Shown here: piece by piece, positions 37,543 to 49,895 of the stretch
How the letters are laid out: each line of letters starts with the position of its first letter
Numbering within the stretch: position 1 is the first letter of the stretch
NCBI GenBank assembly: GCA_032718475.1
Contig: JAUCBJ010008617.1
Location: 1 to 64,000, forward strand
Origin: Nemertoderma westbladi
Taxonomy: Eukaryota > Animalia > Xenacoelomorpha
DNA length: 64,000 bases
Direction of reading: 5' to 3'
Made by a program: the position numbers and the translations under genes
Notes under the pieces: generated by a model
What the model saw: the letters and a program-made list of their open reading frames with translations, nothing else
The model's database searches: none
What the model was told of the DNA's origin: nothing

Positions 37543-39944
37543 AGCAGGACGCGGGCCCCGAAGATCAACTGTCCCGTCTGTCAACGAGGAAAAAATCGTC
37601 CAATGCGAGAGTTGTGACACATTTGTACATTTAAAATGTTACTGTAGGAAAAGCAGTAATTTATTCTCCACCAGAAACAATCTTGAGCCAAGTTTTCTCT
37701 GCAATAGCTGTATTTTTACCGAACTTCCCTTTCATGATACAATTTTAGAATCAGAAACCGACGATTCATTCCTCACATCGCCTCTACAAACTCCAAGTGA
37801 TGCTGAGAGTGAAACTTTTAAATTTTTTAAGAAAAAAGGTCTGCATTTTTTGCATTTCAACGCGCGATCTCTGCTTCCCAAACTTTCCGAAATTCGTATT
37901 TTAATCAATAAATCCAACCCAGCAGTTATAACAATCTCTGAAACTTGGCTCGATGTTAGCGTTTCTGATGGAGAAATTTATATTGATAATTACGTAGTTT
38001 TACGTAAGGATAGGGATAGACACGGTGGTGGTGTCTGTACTTATATTCGATGTGATTTAGCTTTTAATCGTAGGGAAGATTTAGAGTCTTGTGACGAAGT
38101 TTTACTGGTGGAACTTTTACTTCCTAAAACTAAACCTATTTTAATCGGTACTTTATATCGGCCCCCTAAACAATCAGATTTTTTGCAAAATTTTGAAAAT
38201 ACAATTTTATGTAATCTTAGGTCAGACTGTGAAATATATTTTATATTTCTTAGGTGATTTTAATATCTGTTACCATCACAAAGCATCCCCAATCTGTAAA
38301 CAGTACCAAAGTATTTTAAATTTGTTTGGTTTAAAACAAATTATTCGAGATTCTACCAGAATTACCAGTAAAACTTATACTTTACTAGATCACATCCTTT
38401 GTAATAATACCGATATTATTTCTCAATCTGGGGTTTTACCTATAGGTCTAAGCGATCATTTTATAGTTTTTTGCACAAGAAAGACACAAAAATCTTTTTT
38501 CGGGGATCATAAAACAGTAACAGTTAGGTCTATGAAAAATTACAGAAAGGAACGCTTTTTAAGTTTGTTAGTTAATTCAGACTGGGAACCCTGTTTTAAG
38601 GCCGCTGACATTAACCTTGCGTACACTGTTTTTAAAGATATACAGTATTTTTAAAGGCACTTAATACTGTAGCACCAATTAAAGAAATTAGTCTTAAACA
38701 AGCACTGAGCCCTGGATGACCTCGGGTATTCTTAGTAATATCAGAGAAAGAGATAACTATTTGTATAAATTTAGGAAATACCGTGTTTTAGCTGATTATA
38801 ATAATTACTGCAAATATAGAAACCCTGTCCAACGGGAAATAAAAAAAGCTAAATCTGAATATTTGTACAACAAAATAAGTGAGAATAAAGATAATCCTAA
38901 AAGTCTATGGTCTACCCTAAAATATTTAGGTTATAAAAACCTTAAATCTAAATCGAATATTGTTCTGCAAGATAACGGTGAGCTGGTACATGATCATACT
39001 CTAGTTAGTAATTTATTTAATAATTATTTTACTAATGTTGCCTCTAATTTAGTGAAGAAGTTACCGTTATCAAGTAATAAATATAGTATAGGGTCCGAAA
39101 CTCTAAATAATTTTTATTTAGAAAAGTTACAAAATTCAGAAAAGTTATTTTTAAAACCCGTTTCTGAGGATTTCGTTTTTCAAAATCTACTTAGCCTATC
39201 AGTCTCAAAAAGTACCGGTCTAGACCTAATACCTGCCCGTTTTCTTAAGGATGGTGCTGAAGTACTTAAAGTGCCTATTACTTTTATTATTAATTACTCT
39301 ATCGTAGATAATGTAGTACCAGACGAACTGAAATTAGCTAAGGTTGTTCCTCTGTATAAAAAGAATAGTAAAGTAGAACCCTGTAATTACAGACCTGTTA
39401 GTATCTTAAGTATTGTATCTAAAATTCTAGAACGTTCTGTTTTTCTACAGCTGGAAGCACATCTTAGTAGGCTAAATCTGCTCTATGAACTTCAGTCCGG
39501 CTTTCGTAAATCATATTCTACAGACACCTGCCTTATTAACTTAACTGATACAATTAGATGTAATAACGCAAAGGGTTTATATACTGGTATGGTAATGTTG
39601 GACCTACAAAAGGCTTTCGATACTGTACATCACGAAATTCTGCTTGGTAAGTTAGGCCTGATGGGTGTAGGTTCTATAGACTGGTTCAAGTCCTACCTGT
39701 CAGACAGAGGTCAAACTGTAGTCATTAGCAAATCGCAGTCAACTGTACAAGAGATTACCTGTGGTGTAACGCAAAGTAGTATATTAGGTCCTCTGCTTTT
39801 TGTATGCTATGTAAATGATATGATAAGTAGTACAGATCCCGATTTTAAACTCATTTTATATGCCGACGACAGTGCTCTTATTTTCTCTCATAAAGATCCT
39901 ATCCATATTTCCCAAAAGTTAAGTGCAGTTCTAGAATCCTGTAA

Positions 39945-42900
39945 GATAAGATAAGATAAGATATTTGATTAGAGGAGACACCTCGGCTTGTGCAGCACAC
40001 ATAACATTGATAAACAACACACTTATATCATTAAAATTTACGACACGAAGTGACTTATGCACCAGCTAAACTAAGATTAAGTAAAATTATACACTTCAAT
40101 AAAACATAGTTAAAATCAATATTAAACGTTACAGATTTCGATCAAATTTTATATATTTTTTAAAATCCACAGTAAGTAATTTCGACTTAAAAACGTTAAG
40201 AGACGGACTATTCACCACATTAGTAGGTAAATCGTTCCATATGTTAACAACACGGTTGAAAAATACGTTCTCAACACAGTTTGTATTGCACTTTGACCCA
40301 CGAATTTTGAAACGATGTCCTCTGGTAATGCAATTTCTTATTACGGTAAAATAGTCATTGCACCTAAGATTAACTAGACCGTGCATTATCTTAAAAGTGT
40401 ATACCAAGTCAACGTGTATCCTACGTAGTTCTAGTGGCTGTAGGCCTAGATATGTCAATCTCTCAATATATGGGATATCTGGGTCCAGATGACAACGAAA
40501 AAACAGACGCCTTGTAAAGTAGCGCTGCACGGCTTCAAGACCAAAGAAGTTAGACCAAAGAAAGGTACTCCCTTTGTAAATGGATTCCAAACACAACTAG
40601 CATATTCTAGAACGGGCCGAGTGTATGATTTATAAGCCGTAATCAGCGCTTCTCTGTTAGACGTAATAAAACACCGAAATATTTTATTAACAGACCGATA
40701 TGCTGACGCTGTAATATTCAAAATATGCTCTGAGAAATTAAGCCTACTATCAATAGTTACACCAAGATCACGGTAAGCATGCACAGAGTCTAGATATTTG
40801 CTGTTAATTGTATACATTGGTGATACTGAAGTACCGCTATTTATTGTTAAAACCTTACATTTGTCGTTGGCAACACTCAATTGCCAGTCATTGGACCAAT
40901 CTGAGAAAATATTAATGTTATCCTGTAACGTGTATCTATCACTAGCACAATTATTGACGGAAAATAATTTTGCATCATCAGCAAACAGTTTCGCAGATTG
41001 ACCGCTGATCATTTTATTTGGTAGGTCATTAATAAAAATAATAAATAGAAGAGGTCCACAACAGGAACCTTGGGGAACCCCGGATATTATAGGATGGTAG
41101 TTTGAAAAAGTATTACCTATTTTTACACGTTGTCGCCTACCAGTTAAATAATTTGTAAACCAACGATAGACGTTGCCGCTCATGCCGTAGTTACGAAGTT
41201 TTAATAGTAATTTATCAGTCACCGCAGTATCAAAAGCTTTGGCGTAGTCAGTATAGACTACATCAACCATCTTTTTCTTATTTACAGCGTTTGCCCAATT
41301 ATAGGAACTATTTAATAATTGTGCCTCGGTACTGCGACCACTGACAAATCCATATTGATCCTCGCTTATTAAATTATTGCTATGTAAGAAATATGAAATA
41401 TCCACAACTAGTATACGTTCTAATAAACGACATACAGACGCCGTCTGTGATATAGGTCTGTAGTTAGGGGCTAAGGAGGTATCACCCTTCTTAAAACACG
41501 GCGTGATGTCAGCACTTTTCCATCGTGGTGGAAGTTCACCAGTAATTAATGACGTGTTAAATAGTTTACACAAGGGCGTACAAAGTTCACAGCAACTGGT
41601 ACCCCGTCAGGTGTGCCAGTGTATTTCAATGGTAATTTACAAAGGTGTTTGTAAACCTTTTGTTCTGATATGCTATGTATATCGAACAGTTTATCTGTTA
41701 CAGGGGGAAATAAAGGAGTAACATTATTATCATAAACACCAACAGATGAAAATTGCTCGTTCAGACATTCGCATTTTTCTATATCTGTTTCAGCTAATGA
41801 CCCATCCGCTCTTTTAAGAGTTGAAACTGATGGTCGACTAGAAACTCTGTTCTTCGCATATTTATAGAATGCTTTTTTACAAGACCCAGTAATGATTTTA
41901 ATTTCTTTTTGCATATGAAAATCGCGAATGGCTTTTTCACAAATAAAACAAACACGTCTATAAGCACGCAAATCAGTTACGGAATTATTCTTTTTACACC
42001 ACAACAACCGCTTAGAAGCCTGCAATTTTCGGATATGCAAGGGTGGGCGGTTTTTATTTTTATTTGGTATATATTTAGGTACAAACTTCTCAAAGAGATT
42101 ATTTAATGTCCCATAGAATATATCACACATCGAATTTATGTTGTTATCACAATTGGAAATTTCATTTTCCCAGTTAATGTTATTCAAACTGTCTTTGATA
42201 CCTACCTGATCCATTTTAACAAAATTATATCTAAGCGGTGGTGGTCCATGGGTCTCAGAATTATTTAAAAGACAATTATTAATACTAAAAGAAAACCCTT
42301 GATGGTCGCTCGGTTTTTGAATAGTCGAGTTTACGGCGCTATTTCCAATTGGAGGTTCACATTGAACATCCCCAATTAGAAATGGATCATTACACAACAA
42401 CAAGTCTAGTATTGCGTCATCACGGGTTGTAAAGTCAATTAATTGGCATAAGTTTGATGCTGAAACTGCATTAATAAATTTATCACATTGCGAGTTTGGC
42501 CTTTTGTTTAAATCTGACCAATTAATAGCACCAAAATTGAAGTCACCCATAATGAAAACTGGTTGGGGTACCTCGCTAATTTCAATCATAAGACTGTTAA
42601 CTAGATTCAAGTACTGATGCATTTCATGGTAGTTATTGTAACATGAGTCTGGCGGACGATAAATGCAGACAATACGACATTTTTCTACAGTATTTATGTC
42701 AACGGATACACACTCTATGCTATTGTAACGTTGAGGGATAGCTACCAGTGTTGGTTGCAGATTATTTTTACAAATGATCGCAACACCCCCGCCACACGTA
42801 TTGGGTGGACGATCCTTTCGATAAAGTTTATAATCATCTTTAAACTCGCCCAAGAGTAGAGAGTCCTCGTCGTCAGGTGTGAGGTGAGTCTCGCATAGAC

Positions 42901-43066
42901 CAACAATATCATAATTAAATGAACCAATTCGCGATTGTAGGTCGCCATATTTGTGTAGACAGCGTATTGAACGCACGTTTGCAAAGAAACATTTAATATT
43001 CGATTGCGGTAAAGGAGTAGAGGTGCCTCCTACTGGTCGTTTTCCGGGATATGGGATCCGGGGTGA
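39945..43066 (-). mobile_element. CR1-clade LINE (APE plus RT), 5'-truncated, nested in the Crack-like LINE
   Basis: TSD CTGTAA at 39939-39944 and 43067-43072, (CTTAT)n tail, ANVRSI, GDFN, DYAKAFD, GVPQGS, FADD, RPVLEY, RGHRFK, WNDLP. The host ORF reads LESC|NEWL across the insertion. Confidence 0.93.
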
Positions 43067-44822
43067 CTGTAATGAGTGGTTGGTTGATAATAAGCTATCC
43101 ATTCACTACGGTAAGACTGAAAGTATTTTGTTTGGTTCCAAAAGAAAGTTAAAGAAGGTAACTAAGTTTGAAGTCACTAGTAATGGACATAAGATTGAAA
43201 ATAAAAAGGAAGTTAAATATTTAGGCGCCACATTGGATAACTGCTTATCAGGAGAAAGTACAGTGAAAAATATTTTTTCGAAAGTTAACAGTAGGCTTAG
43301 GTTTCTATACAGAAATAAAAATAGTTTAAACACCGACTCCTGCAAGTTACTTTGCTCTTCTTTAATACAGTGTCACATGGACTATGCGTGCTCTTCTTGG
43401 TATGAAGGCTTAACCAAACAGCTTAAATGTAAATTACAAGTAGCTCAGAATAAAGTAGTACGATTTATTAAAGACTACAAACCTAGGCACCACCTTACTC
43501 CAGATGACTTTTCTGAATCTGGACTACTTAACTTAGATAGTAGAGTTAAGCAGCTTCGCCTTAACCATGTGCATAAAGTGTATAATGGTAAATGTCCCAA
43601 TTACCTAAAACAAAAATTCAACAGAGTATGCGATACACTTTTACAGTACCAGAGCTAGTGCTTCAAACTTCTACCTCCCGAATTGTAAATCCTTCGAATC
43701 TGATACTTTCTTTTTTAACGGCATTAAAAATTGGAACGCTCTGCCTAATGAAATAAAAAACCTAGATAATCAACATTCTTTTAAATCTGCAGTTAAATCT
43801 CACCTCCGGGTGTAATGTAAAAATAGGTACAATACTCCTACAGTAAGTTATTAGTTTATTAATTATTTACTATTTATACTGTAATTACGTTTTATATTAA
43901 ATTGTTCTGTACATTACATCTTTATCGTTGAGTCGGGCATTGTCACGCTCTCGGTAAAGTTGTACATGTACATAGTGTAATTACGTTTTATATTGGTTTT
44001 AGGTTAGCGTAGTGTAATATTGTATTTGTAACCAAGTGACATAAAGGACCCCCTTGGAAATAAGCTGCAAAGCTTTAGGGGTAATCCTATATGTTATGTT
44101 GGACAATACCTTTATACCGGTACATTGTTTGGTGTATTTGTTATTGTTTTTACATAATGTATAAATAAATCTATCTATCTATGGGGGGACCGCACTGGAA
44201 ATAAGTCATCAGACTTTGTGTGTAATCCCTGGCCTAGTGGCTGAAGAAAATTTACTTTATTTTGTCCCTGATCTTTGATGACAAACATCATCCTATGAGC
44301 TGTAAACATTATAAAAAAACCCAACATACTCGGGACGGTTCGGCATCTGACGAATCCAGAACTCATCATCAATATCCTCCAATCGCAGGGACCAAATTCT
44401 ATCATTCTGATGGTTTGATTTACACACTGTCCAAACAAAGAACTCATCACTGCAGGCAACGCAACATGCATAAAGTCCATCTCATCCCACAGACCAACAA
44501 CCATGTTACAAAATGTAAGCCGACCTCACGGTTTAGTTCAGTAACCAGCGGACGTTTAACAATGTGGAATAATGGTTTAAACCCTTGACTTTGGAGTTCC
44601 CTGTGGATGGAGCCAATACTTTTGACTTTGCCACGATTAAGAAGGATTTCTTTTTGGATGGCCCGCACTGATTTCTTAGGGCGGCCTGCACACTCAGCAA
44701 GAATATCCTTAGACTCTTGTGAAAGAGAAAGTGGTCTTCCAGTTATTTTCACCTTCCTGCAATTGTGTGGATCTCGATTCCAGTTTCGCTTCACAAAATC
44801 TTCACTACGCATTATCTTCTCG

Positions 44823-44905
44823 GTGATCTACTTCTTTCATATTTGCACACCATTTGCCACAGCGGATATGCAGGGCAGAGACGCGCCCTGGCTGGTCCCT
44901 TTAAT
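44823..44905 (-). mobile_element. Fragment of a related SINE
   Basis: Reverse complement taaagggaccagccagggcgcgtctctgccctgcat matches the SINE body at 36996-37031. Confidence 0.65.
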
Positions 44906-45845
44906 ATGAATGGAAACAATAAAGTAGGACATGGGGTCTTATTCCCTCAGATACTACCTAGCATTTAGGGCCACGTGGGCCACTCCACTGTTAGTACTCA
45001 GGCACTAAAGCCCATCAAAAAACAAAATACCAAATCGATTTTAGTGCTACATAACCCAACCCAACTACCACAAGAAAAATTACACCAAACCATACAGTAA
45101 CTACAGGTTCCGGTAAGTATTGCACGAAATAGGCTATCCCATAAATTACGAAAAATATAGGACATTTTGTCCGCTGAAAAGGTAAGTCTAAGTAATAAAT
45201 TTTATAAAAATAAAAGGGTTTCGGAGATTTAAACACTGAACCCTGGGATTCGTGGTTCTCCTCATCAGCAGTGTGCCACGAACCCCACCCCTACCCTAAC
45301 AAAACTGCACCACTAAATTAAGACAATGACCAATAAATTAGAAATCCTACTGTAACACCAAACAGAGTTGAAACCACCCTCCCCCAATGTATGTTACCAT
45401 CAGCCCCAAATGCATAAACGTGATTTCCCACTGAATGCAACCAACCCCAATTAGCACCTACCAGTATGTACAGATAAATGATCAGATTTTTAAACAAAAT
45501 TGCGCAGATGTCAGAAAATGCCCCTGTAAATATATAATTATATGATGTTAGACAACCACGACTTTAGAGGGATTGTGATATTAATATGAAAACAATAAAA
45601 TAGGACATGGGGTCTTATTCCCTCAGATACTACCTAGCATTTAGGGCCACTTGGGCCACTGTTAGTACTCAGGCACTAAGGCCCATCAAAAACAAAATAC
45701 CAAATCGATTTTAGTGCTACATAACCCAAACCAACTACCACAAGAAAAATTACACCAAACCATACAGTAACTACAGGTTCCGGTAAGTATTGCACGAAAT
45801 AGGCTATCCCATAAATTACGAAAAATATAGGAAATTTTGTCTGCC
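44905..45845. repeat. Direct duplication of ~270 bp (44905-45180 and 45583-45850)
   Basis: Near-identical sequence that produces the twin spurious ORFs 45015-45236 and 45676-45900. Confidence 0.85.
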
Positions 45846-45849
45846 GAAA

Positions 45850-46408
45850 AGGTTTTAATGTTAAAATGTTAATTTTGGTGCACCAAAAATGGCGAACCAC
45901 TAAGTCTTCAGGCTTCTATATTACTTTCAATCGATTCAGCGGGCCAGAAAACCTATAAAGATGCGTTGAAATAAAAAATTAGGGGCATTTTCTGAAATTG
46001 AAAATTTCAAAATTTGAAGTGCCACGCCCACTTCTTAGGTGTACGAAAAATAGCATCCACTTCAATTTTTGGAAATGGAATATAATCACATTCGATTCAG
46101 CGTCTTGAAAAACCTACTAAATCTAGCCAACACTGCCACACTTAGTTTTTAGAAAACGAAAAGTTTTGTAATTTTGTCCTGGGACTACTTTTATTTTTCA
46201 TCAAAATTATGATTCCCTGCTTATGAAATTTTACCTTTTTAAGGTTTGGTAGTGTTCATCTATAGTTGTTTCACCAACAGCCCAAATTTTGTAGGATTTC
46301 ATTGGACGATTACAAAAATATAGTGGGTGGGCCGAATCGCCCCCCCCCCCCCCCCCCCCCCCCCTCTCCAGTGATGCTAATGGTCAAAACACCCCAGTGG
46401 TAATAGGG
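45850..46408. mobile_element. Right end of a piggyBac-type non-autonomous element
   Basis: Ends taataggg|TTAA like 52644-52655 and is preceded by a G/C-run hairpin. The left boundary is uncertain. Confidence 0.6.
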
Positions 46409-47923
46409 TTAACGAGACTAAAAGATTATCCCATTCATATAATACATTTTATTTTTTAACTTCTACGATATTTGATGATTTGTTAATATATTCGAATTAT
46501 ATTATATTTAACAATTATTAAATTATTAAAATTATTAAATTATTAGAAATAAAATAAATTATTAAAAATTATAAAAATTCACATATGGGAAATTTAATTC
46601 CAGTTCAGTGTTATGGAGAAACCGGATTCCACTACATTTAAAATATCTGCTTACCCTTTTATATAAGCGCATTAGACTGTCGAGCTTTGCACCAGCCCAT
46701 TGATCTTTTTGTCCACTGTACTGGGCTAAAACTCCTGTTCTGTTTGTTAATGAGATTTCTAGAACCTCCTTCTTGAATTGTTCTGCATCACCTGCAAGTA
46801 TACCCTGAGAACCTCTTTTTCAAGTTGAGCACGCTAGTTAAAGGCAATGCCTTTACACTCCAAACTCGAGAAAGCTTCGATGTTTCCCAGTACGATCGTC
46901 AGACGGCTCAGAGCTGCGATGATGAAGCTAGAATATTATTGCCAGCATATGTTTACGACCAACGGGAGCAACACAACTGATGCCCTTTATCTGACTGATA
47001 AGGATTACTTCCCATTAACACATATAATGTATCAATGATTGTATCGATTTCGAATGCCTCATTTCTGGTGTTAACACTCCAGAAGTAGTGAAATTGTACA
47101 TCATCTCCATCGTATCCATTGGCAGGTTATGAGAGTCGGCTTTGATAAATCCAGGCATAGGAAGGAGCAGGAAACGGCATAATTATTTAAATAAAGATTG
47201 AAGATTGCTGTACCTACATCATACCTGGTACATGACCTACTATATATATGGCCTGACAGGCTGCCTTTTGAGGCCAATCAAAATGAGGCTACTTTCTTGA
47301 CGCAATTAGTAGTTGAAAACAACTTAAATCAGGTTTCCATTTTTACTAAAATAGCAACTGCCAGATGAAACTGTGCAACTTGGTGTTTATTAAATTTCAT
47401 TTATTTAATTCATTATTTGTGGTGATCCATGAGAGAAGGAATTTAGTGTATTATAGTATCACTATAGAATTATAGTATTATCAGTGTATTATAGTATAAG
47501 TATTATATATATATTATAGTAAATTATTCATTATGGGGGTTTTCATTTCCGATCCTATTTTTTATGTTTGATAAAATCTGGGTTGTCTGTCTGTGTGTGT
47601 GTAAACCTGTCTGCTTGTCGGTCTGTCTGTCTAAAAACTAAGAAAACATACCACTTGCCTAAAATATTCATTATGGGGAGGGGGGGGGGGGGGGGGGGGG
47701 GTTCCTGGTCAGTGATTTCATGAGTTCAAAACTTTTTAGTTTTAATTAAATCTGGAATGTCTGTCTGTCTGTCAAAATCCCAAAAGATAGTTATGCAGAC
47801 AGATATTGACAAACTTAAAAACTGACATAGGATATAAACGTAACTAAAATTTTCGAAATCAGGAAATAAATTACTGACTGATAATTGAACAATAAATATT
47901 TGAACAAATTTTGTTGTAAATTA

Positions 47924-48197
47924 CGGTGGCTGAATTGTGCCACTTAATACTTTTTTTTATTTATTTTTTTAAGGGACTTTTTGGTAGACCAATAAGTACT
48001 TTTTGGTCGACTTTTTGGTCGACCAAAAAGTACTTTTTGGCCGACCAATAAGTACTTATTGGTCGACCAAAAAGTCGACTTATTGGTCGACCAAAAATTC
48101 GACTTATTGGTCGACCAAAAAGTACTTTTTGGTCGACCAAAAAGTCGCTTCAAAAAAAAAATAAAAAAAAGTATTAAGTGGCACAATTCAGCCACCG
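47924..48197. mobile_element. TA-flanked MITE with an internal array of TGGTCGACCA palindromes
   Basis: Perfect TIR of more than 30 bp (cggtggctgaattgtgccacttaatacttttttt) with TA on both sides. Confidence 0.85.
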
Positions 48198-49550
48198 TAG
48201 TAAATAATATTTAATTAATTATAATATATTAACCATAACAATGAACACGAGCGTTGATTGTCAATTAAATGTAATAATCTATAAAGCCTTTTTACAAAAA
48301 GTTCCGCATCACTGTCATCAGACAATGATGCGAAAATAATTGTTTGCCTTGAAATTATCCATGAGTTTTTTTATTCATTCTCATAAATTTCAACATCAAG
48401 TTTGAGTTCATCCTCGTCCCAAAAATCTATTCCTGAATCCATCAATGTTTGCAGACGAAGTATTCTCTCAGAATTATTAACCTCCACATGTGAAACTAGA
48501 AATCACCCTCCGCTCATTTGACTATACTGTAATTCCAACGGGTTTGAGTTAAAACGAGATGATAAGACGTAATCCATATCTTCTCGAAACTAACTGCCTT
48601 TCCTGTTTGAGGAGTAAGGGTGAAACCACACCAGCATCTGTTGCTAAATTCCACAAATCAATCCAATCGGTTAATCCTCGAAGAAACTCAGTTTTATTAT
48701 CACCATAAGTAACAGCATTACCCTGATAATTGCATTGGTGAAATCGTTGTTTCAAGTTACTGATTAACCACCATACATTGATGACATGTAAGAATTCTGC
48801 AGCAGGAGAATGATTTGTGAAATAGCGCTTCATCACAGTGGATGATTTCTCATCGAAAATAGCTAATGCAAGAGGCACTGACTGTTTGTTGTTACTGGGA
48901 TGTAGAGCATGATAGCTTAGGGCATATCAACATGGACAAAGTTTTTAAGGCATCTACCTCACCTCTCTGGAGTCTATTTAGCATTGAGTAAGAGACTAAC
49001 TGAAAGGTGTTACACAATAATTTATAAACTTGTGCTGAAATGTAAGGCATCATTAGCAAAAATCGTATGAGATTATGTAAATATGGTGGTCTTTCAGATT
49101 TATCATACTTCTGTAATCGATACACTTCATTTCGATTCTTCATTCTTGGCTGTTTAATTATTGGTACTAGAACTTCCAGCGTCGTTGCTACTGGAATCAT
49201 TGGGAAAGGTGATAAACTCCAATTAAGAACAACATTTCCCGCTTCTGTCGATTTGAAGTAATGCTGCTCAAAATGATCGATGCACTTTCTCAAGTATGTA
49301 GTTGCATGGAAATCCTTTCGGTTCACGAATTGTACCCACTTGGTAAGCAACTCATCATCCTAAGGAAATTTATAATAAGGTTTACGAGGATTTCCCTTAT
49401 ATCCTGTTTTACAACCAAACACAGCATTTGTTGACCATGACCGATGGATGACCAGGCCATATAACATAGGATAATGTTGGTTAATACATAATAGTCAGAT
49501 AGTACAAGTAGTACAGTAGCACAGCTGTATAGTAGTAGTAGCCTCGATGT

Positions 49551-49895
49551 CAGTGGTCCCAACCCCCAGGTGCGGACCACCGACCAACCAGTACTGAATG
49601 ACTGGGCCATAAGGAAATAAATGAAAAATGACTTACATTATTTTCGCTTGTCTTGCTTTAAAATTAAACCCACAGAACAAGCTAGAAAGCACAAACCCAC
49701 ATCTCTAATCAACTTTAATTTTGCAAACAAGAACAGTGGATTCACATATATTATCATAACCGACAACCAGTACAATGGTAGGCCTACCACATTTTTATGG
49801 GGGTTGTATTACTATTTATCCACAGTAAGTAGGTCGATGAAAATATTGTCTGTCATTATACCAGTCCATGGTGCAAAAAAATTTGGGGGCCACTG
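49551..49895. mobile_element. hAT Charlie-type MITE nested in the P element
   Basis: Termini cagtggtccccaacc and tttgggggccactg. The 8-bp TSD is only degenerate. Confidence 0.7.

Larger units (their letters stand above)
37088..44179 (+). mobile_element. CR1/L2-group (Crack-like) LINE with 2A-PHD-APE-RT organisation, ~3.96 kb without its nested insert
   Basis: TSD TATGGG at 37082-37087 and 44180-44185, (ATCT)n tail, HFNARSL, SETWL, GDFN, SDH, DLQKAFD, LYADD, GKTESILFG. Several frameshifts. Confidence 0.92.
36107..44822 (-). mobile_element. Tc1/mariner DD37E transposon, copy 1, split by a SINE and LINEs
   Basis: TA|CCGGGTGTTCC terminus. C-terminal FLHDHAPC..NSPDLNPAE at 36520-36890. N-terminal GRP-HTH and SDEFF..NHQNDRIW at 44260-44822. 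Confidence 0.85.

Noticed and set aside
42951-43102. Overlapping N-termini of ORFs 41546-43102 and 42951-43658 as real protein starts
   Set aside because: They are chimeric read-through across the LINE-in-LINE junction at 43066-43072.
46640-47200. Possible coding remnant (PENL-like peptide, ORF 46847-47038)
   Set aside because: Too short and degenerate to assign to any family.
46340-47702. Long poly-C and poly-G runs as functional G-quadruplexes
   Set aside because: They lie within repeats, homopolymer length is error-prone, and there is no supporting context.
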